Below are positions 10,212 through 20,569 of a stretch of DNA of 64,000 bases, one piece after another (within the stretch, counting starts at the first letter, position 1; the number at the start of each line of letters is the position of its first letter). The translations under genes were made by a program, and so were the position numbers. The notes beneath the pieces are model-generated. The model searched no databases. It saw only the letters and a program-made list of their open reading frames with translations, and was not told where the DNA came from. Source of the DNA: Shackletoniella antarctica (GTDB lineage: Bacteria > Cyanobacteriota > Cyanobacteriia > Phormidesmidales > Phormidesmidaceae); contig QBMN01000001.1 of assembly GCA_003241845.1 (NCBI GenBank), forward strand, positions 1,424 to 65,423. The letters are read 5' to 3'.

Positions 10212-10793
10212 TTAGAACGGCTTGCCCTTTTCGTCGCGCTGCCGCTTTAGGGCTTCTTCGTACCACTCCAGCTCATCTAAAAAGGAGCCCAGGTGTTTGA
10301 TCAGCGACTCATCCTGGGGCTGCCCGTCAGCATCGAGGGCTGCGGTAATTTTTGAGATCGCAAACATCGAAGAAATGGTGGGCATACCCATCTCCCCCAG
10401 CATCACCCGCAGGTGCACGGCGGCACGCACGCCCCCAAAGCCACTCACCGAGTACGACACAATCCCCGCTGGGCGAAAGTAATACTCTTCCAAAAAGTGA
10501 TCCATCAGATTGCTCAGCCCCGGCTGAACAGAGTGGTTGTATTCGCCCGTCACCACCACAAAGCCATCGGCGGTGCGAATATGCTCGGCTAGCTGCTCCA
10601 TTTTGGCCGGGGCCTGGCCGGGTTCATACTCTTTATACATGCGATCAAGCAGGCCAAAGTCATACTCCATGGCATCGGCAAACACGGTGGTGTGGCCGCG
10701 TTGGCCCAGCTGATCGAGCAAAAATTTGGCCGCCCGAATGCCGTTGCGATCGCGCCGATAAGAGCCGTAGAACACTACTGTTTTAAATGCCAT
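10212..10793 (-). CDS. NADPH-dependent FMN reductase family protein
   Basis: MAFKTVVFYGSYRRDRNG... flavodoxin-like fold pattern. ATG at 10791-10793. Confidence 0.8.
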   Translation of the reverse strand: MAFKTVVFYGSYRRDRNGIRAAKFLLDQLGQRGHTTVFADAMEYDFGLLDRMYKEYEPGQAPAKMEQLAEHIRTADGFVVVTGEYNHSVQPGLSNLMDHFLEEYYFRPAGIVSYSVSGFGGVRAAVHLRVMLGEMGMPTISSMFAISKITAALDADGQPQDESLIKHLGSFLDELEWYEEALKRQRDEKGKPF

Positions 10794-10829
10794 AAACAAC
10801 CTTTATTCATGGAATGATTTGGGCCTACA

Positions 10830-11344
10830 CTAGCGCACCAGACGAGGATAGAGCCTCCCACAAAAGGCGATCAGCACAGCGGCCACGCCCACCAAAATCG
10901 AAAGGCTCAGCCCCAGGCTGTAGCTGCCTGCCGGTTCCACCAGCATTAGCTGGCGCAGCGCATCCACCATATAGGTCAGCGGGTTGAGCCGCGACACCAC
11001 CTGCAACCAGGCGGGCATGATTTCAATCGGGTAAATCGCGTTGCTGGCAAAAAACAGCGGCATCATCATCAGCTGCCCTACGCCCATTACCCGCTCGTGG
11101 GTCTGCGCCCAGCAGGCGACGATCAGCGAAAAAGTCGAAAACAGCGCCGCCCCTAGCATCACCACCGTGGCCACGCCAAAAATTGCTGCGGGATTCCAGT
11201 TGATACCCACCCCCATCAGAGCGGCCACCATATAGATGATCACCAGCTGCGACAGACACCGAATCCCGGCCCCGATCGCCTTGCCCAGCACCAGCGCCGA
11301 CTTGGGCGCGGGGCTGACCATCAGCTTGTGCCCTGTTGCCCCTG
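10830..11344 (-). pseudogene. ABC-2 type exporter permease, N-terminally truncated remnant
   Basis: Permease-like sequence starts only at HKLMVSPAPKSALVLGKAIGAG (about 11330) and runs to the stop. The first ~42 codons of the track ORF overlap the ATPase ORF in another frame. Confidence 0.6.
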
Positions 11345-11863
11345 CTAGAGCATGGCGATGCGATCGCACAGCACATCCGCCTCCTCTTCCATAAAGTGGG
11401 TGGTGAGAAACACCGTGGTGCCGTAGTCGCGCCGCAGCTGCAAAATCAGCTCCCACATAGTTTTGCGGGCCACCGAGTCTAGCCCCACGTAGGTCAGCGC
11501 AGCCTGAATGCGCTCCAGCCGCTGCCGCCGGGGCACCCCGTAGAGCTTGGCCAAAATCAGCAGATTTTCGTAGCCGGTCAGGGTGCCATCCACCGATAGC
11601 GCCTGGGGCACGTAGCCAATCCGGCGCTGCACGTCCACTCGCTGCCGGCCCAGGTCAAACCCGGCAATGGTGGCTCGTCCGCCGCTGGCGGGCAGCAGGG
11701 TGGTGAGCATTTTAATCAGCGTGCTTTTGCCTGCCCCATTTGGCCCCAGCAGGCCAAACACTTCACCTGGTTCCACAGCCAGGGAGAAGCCGTCTACCGC
11801 TGTTTTTGGCGCTGTTTTGGGGCCGAAGCATTTAGTGAGTGCTTGAATGTCAATCATCGCCAT
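11345..11863 (-). pseudogene. ABC transporter ATP-binding protein (DrrA-like) lacking signature motif, Walker B and C-terminus
   Basis: Walker A GPNGAGKST, Q-loop YVPQ and H-loop TTH are present. There is no LSGG and no hhhhDEP; the sequence jumps ...YVGLD/SVARK... at about 11470-11485. It ends at DRIAML* (11345). Confidence 0.65.
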
Positions 11864-11968
11864 AGGGTTGGGGAGTGGATGGGTATGGTAGGGGCAGACC
11901 CATGTGTCTGCCCTGGGCATGGATAGGGCCAGGGGGGATCTGCATCGGGCATCTTCTTCCCATGAAAA

Positions 11969-12493
11969 TCATTCCTTTGAAGCCTCTTGCCCAGCAGTCA
12001 GGCCGTCGTCAATCCCCTCATCGAACAAGTCGCCCAAGATCGCCAGCCCCGCCTGCACCTGCTGAAGCTGTACTTCCGATAGCCCCGCCAGTTGATCGGC
12101 CACGGTCGCCAATGCCGCGTCGTAAACCCGCTCCATCTCCGCTGTGCCTGCCGCAGTCAGGGTGAGAATGATCCGCCGTCGTTCTTTAGGATCACTGATG
12201 CGGTTAACTAGCCCCCGCTGCACTAGGCGCTCGACCATGGCCGACATAGTGGGCCGGGTGACATCTAAGTAGTCAGCCGCCTCGGATAGAGAGGACTGCG
12301 ATCGCCGCCTGAGAAAATACAGCACCCGCAGTTGCGACAGCGACAGGTGGGGCTTGCCGTGGCTGCGAATGCCCGCTCGCAAAAACCTTGTCACCGCAGG
12401 CACCACGGTCATGATATCGGCCGCGCACTGGCTTGGGCTAAGGGCTTGGGTAATCAACGGAGAGAATAACCTTGCGGCATGATCTTGCGACAT
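11969..12493 (-). CDS. MarR family transcriptional regulator
   Basis: Winged-HTH pattern LSLSQLRVLYFL...LSEAADYLDVTRPTMSAMVERLVQRGLVNR..DPKERRR. Confidence 0.85.
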   Translation of the reverse strand: MSQDHAARLFSPLITQALSPSQCAADIMTVVPAVTRFLRAGIRSHGKPHLSLSQLRVLYFLRRRSQSSLSEAADYLDVTRPTMSAMVERLVQRGLVNRISDPKERRRIILTLTAAGTAEMERVYDAALATVADQLAGLSEVQLQQVQAGLAILGDLFDEGIDDGLTAGQEASKE

Positions 12494-12498
12494 GATAG

Positions 12499-12531
12499 TT
12501 AGCTAAGCTAATAATTAGTTTAGCTTAGTAA
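12499..12531. promoter_or_regulatory. Dyad-symmetric candidate MarR operator just upstream of the marR start
   Basis: TTAGCTAAGCTAA-N8-TTAGCTTAGTAA. 9-bp arms CTAAGCTAA (12503-12511) and TTAGCTTAG (12520-12528). Confidence 0.4.
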
Positions 12532-12723
12532 TTTCAAATTGTGGGCGAGGTAAAGGCATAAGCCAAGCTATTCCAGGCCCGCAGAAGTGGCCTTAATAGG
12601 GCTTTAATCGTGGATATTCAGGTTGTTGTCAGCAGAAAAACTGTCGATCCCTCAATCTTTTGTTCGGTGGTTTACAGGTTCGCTAAACCTGGTAGATTGT
12701 CTTGGTATCGGCAAAACGAATGA

Positions 12724-13887
<1,164 letters not shown>

Positions 13888-13890
13888 TGA

Positions 13891-13931
13891 ATAAATGGGC
13901 CAAATTCACGCTGTGACTTTGGCCCATTTAT
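13891..13931 (+). terminator. 14-bp perfect stem hairpin between sqdB and sqdX (attenuator, processing site or terminator)
   Basis: ATAAATGGGCCAAA (13891-13904) pairs with TTTGGCCCATTTAT (13918-13931). Confidence 0.35.
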
Positions 13932-13982
13932 GAGTTTATTCTTCCATTTCCAACTATCTTCCTTACCCCCCCCCGGATTGTT

Positions 13983-15116
13983 ATGCGGATTGCTATCTTC
14001 ACCGAGACTTTTTTGCCGAAAGTTGATGGCATCGTAACCCGTCTTAAGCACACCGTCGACCATTTACAGCGTCAGGGTAACCAGGTTTTAGTTTTCTCCC
14101 CCGACGGGGGCCTAACCGAATATCGGGGGGCAAAAATTCACGGGGTTTCTGGGTTTCCGCTGCCCCTCTACCCAGAGCTAAAGTTGGCCCTGCCTCGCCC
14201 TTCCATTGGTGAAGCGCTAGAAGATTTTCGGCCCGATCTAGTCCATGTGGTGAACCCGGCAGTTCTCGGGCTGGCGGGCATTTACTACAGCAAAACCCTA
14301 GATCTGCCCCTGGTGGCGTCGTACCATACCCACCTGCCCAAATACCTAGAGCACTACGGGCTGGGCATGCTCGAAGGGGTAATGTGGGAGCTGATCAAGA
14401 CCATGCACAACCAGGCCCAGATCAACCTGGTGACCTCCACCGCGATGCAGACCGAACTGTCGGAGCACGGCGTTGAGAACATTGAGGTGTGGCAGCGGGG
14501 AGTCGACACCGAGCTGTTTCGGCCAGAGCTGGCCAGTGCTGAAATGCGCGATCGCCTCACGGAGGGCCACCCCGAAGCCCCGCTGCTGTTATATATTGGT
14601 CGCCTCTCCGCCGAAAAAGAAATCGACCGCATCAAGCCCGTGCTCCAGGCGATTCCCAATGCGCGGCTGGCCCTGGTGGGCGATGGCCCCTACCGCGCTG
14701 AGCTAGAAACCCACTTTGAGGGCACGCCGACAAATTTTGTGGGCTACCTGGGCGGCGAAGACCTGGCCTCCGCCTATGCCTCCGCCGATGCCTTTGTGTT
14801 TCCCTCTCGCACCGAAACCCTGGGCCTGGTGCTGCTAGAGGCCATGGCGGCGGGCTGCCCGGTGGTGGCGGCCAACTCTGGCGGCATTCCCGATATTGTG
14901 ACCGATGGCGTCAACGGATTTTTGTTTGACCCCACCGATGAGTCTGGGGCAATCATGGCTACCCGCCGCCTGATCGAAGCCACCGTCGAGCGTGAGGTTA
15001 TGCGCCAGAATGCCGTAGCCGAGGCAGAACGCTGGGGCTGGGCTGCCGCCACTCGCCAACTCCATCAGTTTTACCGACAGGTGCTGGCCCAGCGATCGCT
15101 GCCTATGGCGGCGTAG
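13983..15116 (+). CDS. sqdX: Sulfoquinovosyl diacylglycerol synthase (GT4 glycosyltransferase)
   Basis: MRIAIFTETFLPKVDGIVTRL... and the GT4 E-x7-E region (ETLGLVLLEAMAAGCPVV). Synteny with sqdB. Confidence 0.85.
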   Translation: MRIAIFTETFLPKVDGIVTRLKHTVDHLQRQGNQVLVFSPDGGLTEYRGAKIHGVSGFPLPLYPELKLALPRPSIGEALEDFRPDLVHVVNPAVLGLAGIYYSKTLDLPLVASYHTHLPKYLEHYGLGMLEGVMWELIKTMHNQAQINLVTSTAMQTELSEHGVENIEVWQRGVDTELFRPELASAEMRDRLTEGHPEAPLLLYIGRLSAEKEIDRIKPVLQAIPNARLALVGDGPYRAELETHFEGTPTNFVGYLGGEDLASAYASADAFVFPSRTETLGLVLLEAMAAGCPVVAANSGGIPDIVTDGVNGFLFDPTDESGAIMATRRLIEATVEREVMRQNAVAEAERWGWAAATRQLHQFYRQVLAQRSLPMAA

Positions 15117-15146
15117 GTCACCTAAACTGTAGGTCTAAGCCGCACA

Positions 15147-15941
15147 ATGCTGTTCGCGAGGTTAGCGATGGTTGCAGCTCCTCAATCATTTCTAGTGGTG
15201 ACCTGGGACAAACTACCCGATGACTTTATCCTCGACGATGAGCCTGTGGATAACATCAACCAGCCTGCGATTGCCGCCGCTCTGACCGAAAGTCTGGAGT
15301 TGGCCGGTCGGTTACCCGCCCAGTCGTTGGTGATGACTAACTACGGCCTGTGCGCCACCGTGAACGGCAAAACCGTAGTCAAAGCCCCCGACTGGGGCTA
15401 TGTACCCCAGATTCGCGCGCCCAGGGAAGCGGTGATCCGTAGCTACACGCCTCAGCTCCAGGGCGATTTCCCTGCGATTGTGATGGAATTTCTCTCGGAT
15501 ACCGAAGGGGGTGAATACTCCGTCAAGCCCACCTATCCCCCCGGCAAGTGGTTCTTTTACGAACAGGTGCTGCGGGTACCCAACTACGTCATCTTTGACC
15601 CCGCCAGCGGCCTGCTGGAGGTCTACCGCCTCGACCTGGCGGGTCAGTACAGGCTCAGCCCTGCCAACAACCAGCAGCGCCACTGGATTGACGAGCTGGA
15701 TTTAGCCCTGGGCCTTTGGCAGGGCAGCCGCGAAAATCGCACCGGCCACTGGCTGCGCTGGTGGACTGAGCAGGGGGATCTGCTGCCCTGGGGCAAAGAA
15801 CAGGCCGAGCAGGAGCGCCAGCGGGCCGGGCAAGAGCACCAGCGGGCCGAGCAAGAGCGCCAGCGAGCTGATCAGGAGCGCCAGCGGGCCGAACGACTGG
15901 CGGCCCAGCTCCGGGCGGCGGGCCTAGAGCCAGAGGAGTAG
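15147..15941 (+). CDS. Uma2 family endonuclease-like protein with C-terminal (EQERQRA)n coiled-coil tail
   Basis: The Uma2 core ends around YFYEQVLRVPNYVIFDP. Tail QAEQERQRAGQEHQRAEQERQRADQERQRAERLAAQLRAAGLEPEE (15801-15938). Alternative ATG at 15168. Confidence 0.8.
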   Translation: MLFARLAMVAAPQSFLVVTWDKLPDDFILDDEPVDNINQPAIAAALTESLELAGRLPAQSLVMTNYGLCATVNGKTVVKAPDWGYVPQIRAPREAVIRSYTPQLQGDFPAIVMEFLSDTEGGEYSVKPTYPPGKWFFYEQVLRVPNYVIFDPASGLLEVYRLDLAGQYRLSPANNQQRHWIDELDLALGLWQGSRENRTGHWLRWWTEQGDLLPWGKEQAEQERQRAGQEHQRAEQERQRADQERQRAERLAAQLRAAGLEPEE

Positions 15942-16066
15942 CCAAATCAGCCGATGCGGCGGGCCAAAATGCTCGGACGAAAGCCGTTGAAGGTTCTGAC
16001 TGACCTTGATTTCTTGCAGAAAATCAGGCCAGAATAAAGCTATAGCAACGGCAAATACCTGCTCCC

Positions 16067-17356
16067 ATGACCGCCACCACCCCGCAATTTTGTTCACCCA
16101 CGCCATCGGAACAGCCGAGCCTAGGCAGTCAACAGTCAGCACTGACCGTGGATGTGGCGATCGTGGGCGGGGGCATTGTCGGGCTGACCCTGGCGGCAGC
16201 TTTAGCACCCAGCGGCATGACGATCGCCGTGATTGAAGCCCAAACGGCGGCAGCGGCGGCCTCTCGCCAGCGGGCCTACGCGTTCTCGCTGACCTCGGCG
16301 GATATTTTTAAGGGGCTGGGTCTATGGCCGCAGATTGGGCCGCACATTTGCCACTTTGACCAAGTACAGCTCTCCGACGGCGACTATGGCGAGGTGGTGC
16401 AGTTTTTGCCCACTGACCTGGGCACTGAGGCCGTCTACTACGGGGCCGAGCATCGGGTGCTGATGGCGGCGCTCCAGGGGGCGATCGCCGCCTCACCCCA
16501 GATCCACCACCTCTGCGCGGCCACCCTGGGTGATATTCATAACCAAGGAGATGCGGTGCTGGCTGAGGTCAGTACGCCGGAGGGGACGGTGATGGTGCGA
16601 TCGCCCCTGATCATCGCCGCCGACGGCAAAGGCTCACCCCTGCGACAGTGGGCGGGTATCGGCAGTGTCGGCTGGCGCTATCGCCAATCGTGCGTCACCA
16701 CGGTCTTAGAGCCTGAACACTCGCACCAAAACATTGCCTACGAGCGGTTTTGGCCCAGCGGCCCCTTTGCCATTTTGCCCCTGCCGGGCCAGCGCTGCCA
16801 GGTGGTGTGGACGGCCCCCCACGCCGAGGCCGAGGCTATTCTGCGTCTGTCCGAGACTGAGTTTATGGCTGAGCTAGAGCAGCGCTACGGCAGTCAAATG
16901 GGGCAGCTCAAGCGGCTGAGCGCGCCCGCGATGTTTCCGGTGCAGCTGATGCAGTGCGATCGCTACGTGCAGCATCGCCTTGCCCTGGTAGGCGATGCCG
17001 CCCACAGCTGCCACCCCGTCGGCGGACAGGGCCTTAACATGGGCATTCGCGATGCCGCCGCCCTGGCCGAAGTGCTGACAGCAGCCTACCAGCGCCGCCA
17101 AGACCTCGGCGACATCACCGTTCTGCGCCGCTATGAACGCTGGCGGCGGGTAGAAAACTGGGTGATTCTCAGCTTTACCGACCTGCTGACCCGAACCTTC
17201 TCAAATCAGGTTTTGCCCGTGGTGGCAGCGCGCCGGGCCGGGCTGTGGACGCTGAGCCGCGTGCCCTTGCTCAAGCGGTTGGCCCTGCGGCTGATGACCG
17301 GTCGCCTGGGGCGAGTGCCCCAGCTAGCCCGCCTAGGGCAGCACCAGCTAGATTAG
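16067..17356 (+). CDS. FAD-dependent hydroxylase of the UbiH/UbiF/COQ6 family (prenylquinone biosynthesis)
   Basis: DVAIVGGGIVGLTLA dinucleotide fold, LVGDAAHSCHPVGGQGLNMGIRDA motif. Confidence 0.85.
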   Translation: MTATTPQFCSPTPSEQPSLGSQQSALTVDVAIVGGGIVGLTLAAALAPSGMTIAVIEAQTAAAAASRQRAYAFSLTSADIFKGLGLWPQIGPHICHFDQVQLSDGDYGEVVQFLPTDLGTEAVYYGAEHRVLMAALQGAIAASPQIHHLCAATLGDIHNQGDAVLAEVSTPEGTVMVRSPLIIAADGKGSPLRQWAGIGSVGWRYRQSCVTTVLEPEHSHQNIAYERFWPSGPFAILPLPGQRCQVVWTAPHAEAEAILRLSETEFMAELEQRYGSQMGQLKRLSAPAMFPVQLMQCDRYVQHRLALVGDAAHSCHPVGGQGLNMGIRDAAALAEVLTAAYQRRQDLGDITVLRRYERWRRVENWVILSFTDLLTRTFSNQVLPVVAARRAGLWTLSRVPLLKRLALRLMTGRLGRVPQLARLGQHQLD

Positions 17357-17368
17357 GCATTTCTCTTG

Positions 17369-17413
17369 CCCCAGCACAAAGCCCTCCAATGTTGGAGGGC
17401 TTTGTGCTGGGGG
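17369..17413. terminator. Long perfect hairpin between convergent genes (bidirectional terminator)
   Basis: CCCCAGCACAAAGCCCTCCAA-TG-TTGGAGGGCTTTGTGCTGGGG. Confidence 0.6.
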
Positions 17414-17489
17414 TTTCCCAACTGAGGAGTATGAGGGCAGGTTGCATGGGAGACCGTGCAACATTCCGACTGCTGTGATTAATGTCCAG

Positions 17490-17699
17490 CTAGTACTGAT
17501 ACTGCGCCTCTGACCGGGTATAGTCGCGCAGGGGAATGGCGCGGTTTAGAGACAAGTTTTTAGCAAATCTAAACAGGCTGTCGTAATTGCGCTGACTGCA
17601 AATTAGGCGACCATCGCCAGCGTATTGGCCACCGTCATCGCGCAGCTCGACGGCAAAGTCAGACACGTAGACAGAAAAAATTCGGGTTGCAGCGTTCAT
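17490..17699 (-). CDS. Small hypothetical protein (69 aa)
   Basis: ORF only; no motif recognised. Lies in a lower-GC stretch downstream of rsmH. Confidence 0.35.
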   Translation of the reverse strand: MNAATRIFSVYVSDFAVELRDDGGQYAGDGRLICSQRNYDSLFRFAKNLSLNRAIPLRDYTRSEAQYQY

Positions 17700-17844
17700 T
17701 GGTTTAGCGACCTTTGGTAAGAACTATCGAGCGCAGTGACGATTCCTCACACACAACGTCAAACTCAAGACGGAGCCTAGCTATTCTCTGGCAGTGCCCT
17801 ATCTAGGTCAGACTAAAGGCCATGATTTTGGCCGAATTAAACTA

Positions 17845-18030
17845 TTAAGAGGGTTTGATGTTTTCTGGGTCTACGTAGTAGCAGGCCGCACTGTCTAAAC
17901 AGATACGCGCCCAGCCGCCATCGCTGACATCAACTAGCTCATAGGTTGTGTCTTGAACAAAGAAACCGCGGTGATCCCTAGTGCCAGGCAGCACAGAGAA
18001 GCGGTAGTTGCCGTCGTTTAGGGTGTTCAT
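17845..18030 (-). CDS. Small hypothetical protein (61 aa)
   Basis: ORF only. Preceded by a ~215-bp very AT-rich spacer (18031-18245). Confidence 0.35.
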   Translation of the reverse strand: MNTLNDGNYRFSVLPGTRDHRGFFVQDTTYELVDVSDGGWARICLDSAACYYVDPENIKPS

Positions 18031-18245
18031 GGTGAATTCTTATGGGAGGATTTTAAATGGCCAGGAAACGTTTCCTGACTTCTCAATTTTATATGAAGAG
18101 AATGTAAGGGAAGTATGTTTTTTGCAAATTAATTTTAATCTTTACCTTGAATTCCGAAATTGTTGCCTCGAATACGGTTGCAAAAAATTCTTCATCAACA
18201 AATGTGACAATTGTATTTTTAATCAGTTTGCTGCGGCGCGACTTG

Positions 18246-19124
18246 CTACGGCGCAACCATGCGCTCAGCCACCCTCAGCTTGGCCGAGCGGGCGCGAGGG
18301 TTTTGGCTGATTTCGTCATCGGCGGCAATCACGGGCTTTTTAGTAATGACCTTAAACTCTGGGGAGTCTTTCAAGCTGTGCTTCACCAGGCGATCTTCCA
18401 GGCTGTGGAAGCTAATGATCACGAGCCTGCCCTCAGGGGCTAGCCAGGTGGGGGCCACCTTCAGCAGGGTTTCAAGCACCTCTAGCTCGCGGTTCACGGC
18501 TATTCTCAGTGCCTGAAAGGTGCGGGTGGCGGGGTGAATGCGGCCATAGCGGTAGCTGCGGGGCACCGAGTAGGCGATCGCCTCGGCCAGGTCGGTGGTG
18601 GTTTGCCAGGGGCGCTGGTCAACGATTTTGCGGGCAATGCGGCGAGAGAGCCGTTCTTCGCCATAGGTGTAGATCAAATTGGCCAGCTTGGTCTCGTCCC
18701 AGTGGTTGACGATGTCGGCGGCGGTGAGCTCTTGGCGCGGGTCCATGCGCATGTCGAGGGGGGCGCTCTGACGAAAGCTAAAGCCGCGATCGCCCAGGTC
18801 AAGCTGCACCGAGCTCACTCCCAGGTCAGCTAAAACACCGTTGAAGGGTGGGCTGGAGGGTTTGAACTCGGCAAAGTTGCCGTGCCAGTAGGTGACGCGG
18901 GGGCCAAACTCGGCCAGGTTGTCTTGGGTGGCGGCGATCGCCGCCGCATCTTGATCCACCGCCACCAGGCTCACCGTAGGGTCAGCTTCTAGCATCAGAC
19001 GACTGTGACCGCCGCCCCCCGCCGTGGCGTCTAAGTAGCGGCCACCGGGCTGAATGTGCAGTCCTTCGATCACCGCCCCAGGCAGCACCGGTATGTGGTG
19101 AAACTCCGACTCTGCCATGGCCAA
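18246..19124 (-). CDS. rsmH: 16S rRNA (cytosine1402-N4)-methyltransferase
   Basis: HIPVL...YLDATAGGGGHS...DLGVSSVQLD...ISFHSLEDR motifs. Confidence 0.93.
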   Translation of the reverse strand: MAMAESEFHHIPVLPGAVIEGLHIQPGGRYLDATAGGGGHSRLMLEADPTVSLVAVDQDAAAIAATQDNLAEFGPRVTYWHGNFAEFKPSSPPFNGVLADLGVSSVQLDLGDRGFSFRQSAPLDMRMDPRQELTAADIVNHWDETKLANLIYTYGEERLSRRIARKIVDQRPWQTTTDLAEAIAYSVPRSYRYGRIHPATRTFQALRIAVNRELEVLETLLKVAPTWLAPEGRLVIISFHSLEDRLVKHSLKDSPEFKVITKKPVIAADDEISQNPRARSAKLRVAERMVAP

Positions 19125-19243
19125 CGCCAGCCTCTCTCTCTACCTCGCCTTCTGTCTCGCCTTCCGTCTCGCCAACTCAGGCGATACCCATTAAGATACT
19201 TAAAGATACAGCAGAACTAGGCTCTGACTCTTAGGTAGCCCCT

Positions 19244-20428
19244 ATGTCAATCATTGAAACTAAGACCGAACCCATGGTGCTCAACATGGGGCCGCACCAC
19301 CCCTCGATGCACGGGGTACTGCGGCTAATTGTCACCCTCGACGGCGAAGATGTAATCGACTGCGAGCCGGTGATTGGCTACCTGCACCGGGGCATGGAGA
19401 AAATTGCCGAAAGCCGCACCAGCCTCATGTTTGTGCCCTACGTCAGCCGGTGGGACTATGCGGCGGGAATGTTTAACGAAGCCATCACCGTCAACGCCCC
19501 CGAGAAGTTGGCCGATATCCAGGTGCCCAAGCGGGCCAGCTACATTCGCGTCATCATGCTGGAGCTAAACCGCATCGCCAACCACCTGCTGTGGCTTGGC
19601 CCCTTCTTGGCCGACGTGGGCGCTCAGACACCCTTCTTCTATATCTTTCGCGAGCGCGAGATGATCTACGATCTGTGGGAAGCCGCCACCGGGAGCCGCC
19701 TGATCAACAACAACTACTTTCGCATTGGCGGTGTCGCCGCTGACCTGCCCTACGGCTGGATCGACAAGTGCTTAGATTTCTGCGACTACTTTTTGCCCAA
19801 GGTTGACGAGTACGAAAAACTAATCACCAACAACCCCATTTTTCGCCGCCGCATTGAGGGCATCGGCACCATCACCCGCGACGAGGCGATCAACTGGGGG
19901 CTGTCTGGCCCCATGCTGCGCGGCTCCGGCGTCAAGTGGGATTTGCGCAAGGTCGACCACTACGAGTGCTACGACGACTTTGACTGGGAGGTGCAGTACG
20001 AAACCGCAGGTGACTGCATGGCCCGTTACCAGATTCGGGTGCGTGAGATGCGCGAATCAGTGAAAATTATTCGCCAGGCCTGCCAAGGTCTGCCCGGTGG
20101 CCCCTTTGAAAACCTAGAGGCCAAGCGCATGGCCGAAGGCCCTAAGTCAGAGTGGAACAGCTTTGACTACCAGTTCATCGGCAAAAAAATCCCCCCCACC
20201 TTCAAAATTCCGGCTGGGGAGCACTATGTGCGCATAGAGACTGGCAAGGGCGAGATGGGCGTGTTTATTATCGGCAACGACAACATCTTCCCCTGGCGGT
20301 TTAAGATTCGCGCCCCTGACTTTAACAACCTGCAAATTTTGCCTCACCTGCTAAAGGGGGTGAAGGTGGCCGATATTATGGCGATCTTGGGCAGCATCGA
20401 CGTGATCATGGGTTCGGTAGACCGCTAG
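19244..20428 (+). CDS. ndhH: NAD(P)H-quinone oxidoreductase subunit H (NDH-1)
   Basis: 394 aa. [15 protein letters not shown]...[12 protein letters not shown]... and C-terminal [14 protein letters not shown]. Confidence 0.95.
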   Translation: MSIIETKTEPMVLNMGPHHPSMHGVLRLIVTLDGEDVIDCEPVIGYLHRGMEKIAESRTSLMFVPYVSRWDYAAGMFNEAITVNAPEKLADIQVPKRASYIRVIMLELNRIANHLLWLGPFLADVGAQTPFFYIFREREMIYDLWEAATGSRLINNNYFRIGGVAADLPYGWIDKCLDFCDYFLPKVDEYEKLITNNPIFRRRIEGIGTITRDEAINWGLSGPMLRGSGVKWDLRKVDHYECYDDFDWEVQYETAGDCMARYQIRVREMRESVKIIRQACQGLPGGPFENLEAKRMAEGPKSEWNSFDYQFIGKKIPPTFKIPAGEHYVRIETGKGEMGVFIIGNDNIFPWRFKIRAPDFNNLQILPHLLKGVKVADIMAILGSIDVIMGSVDR

Positions 20429-20569
20429 GGGCCACACCCCGACGCAGCTTTATGGGCCGATGGTCTACTATGGCGATGGTCTGGTTTTAATTAGCACTGG
20501 GGAGAGCGTAGGGCAGCAGCCCTGTTCCCTGGCTAGCTTCTATCCCTGTTCCTGTTAGATCTGTCGCCT

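Noticed and set aside
10830-11456. Full-length 208-aa permease ORF as annotated by the track
   Set aside because: The first ~42 residues (MGADFAAAARLRHHGVSHH...) overlap the ATPase ORF in another frame and are not permease-like. I treated the gene as a truncated remnant.
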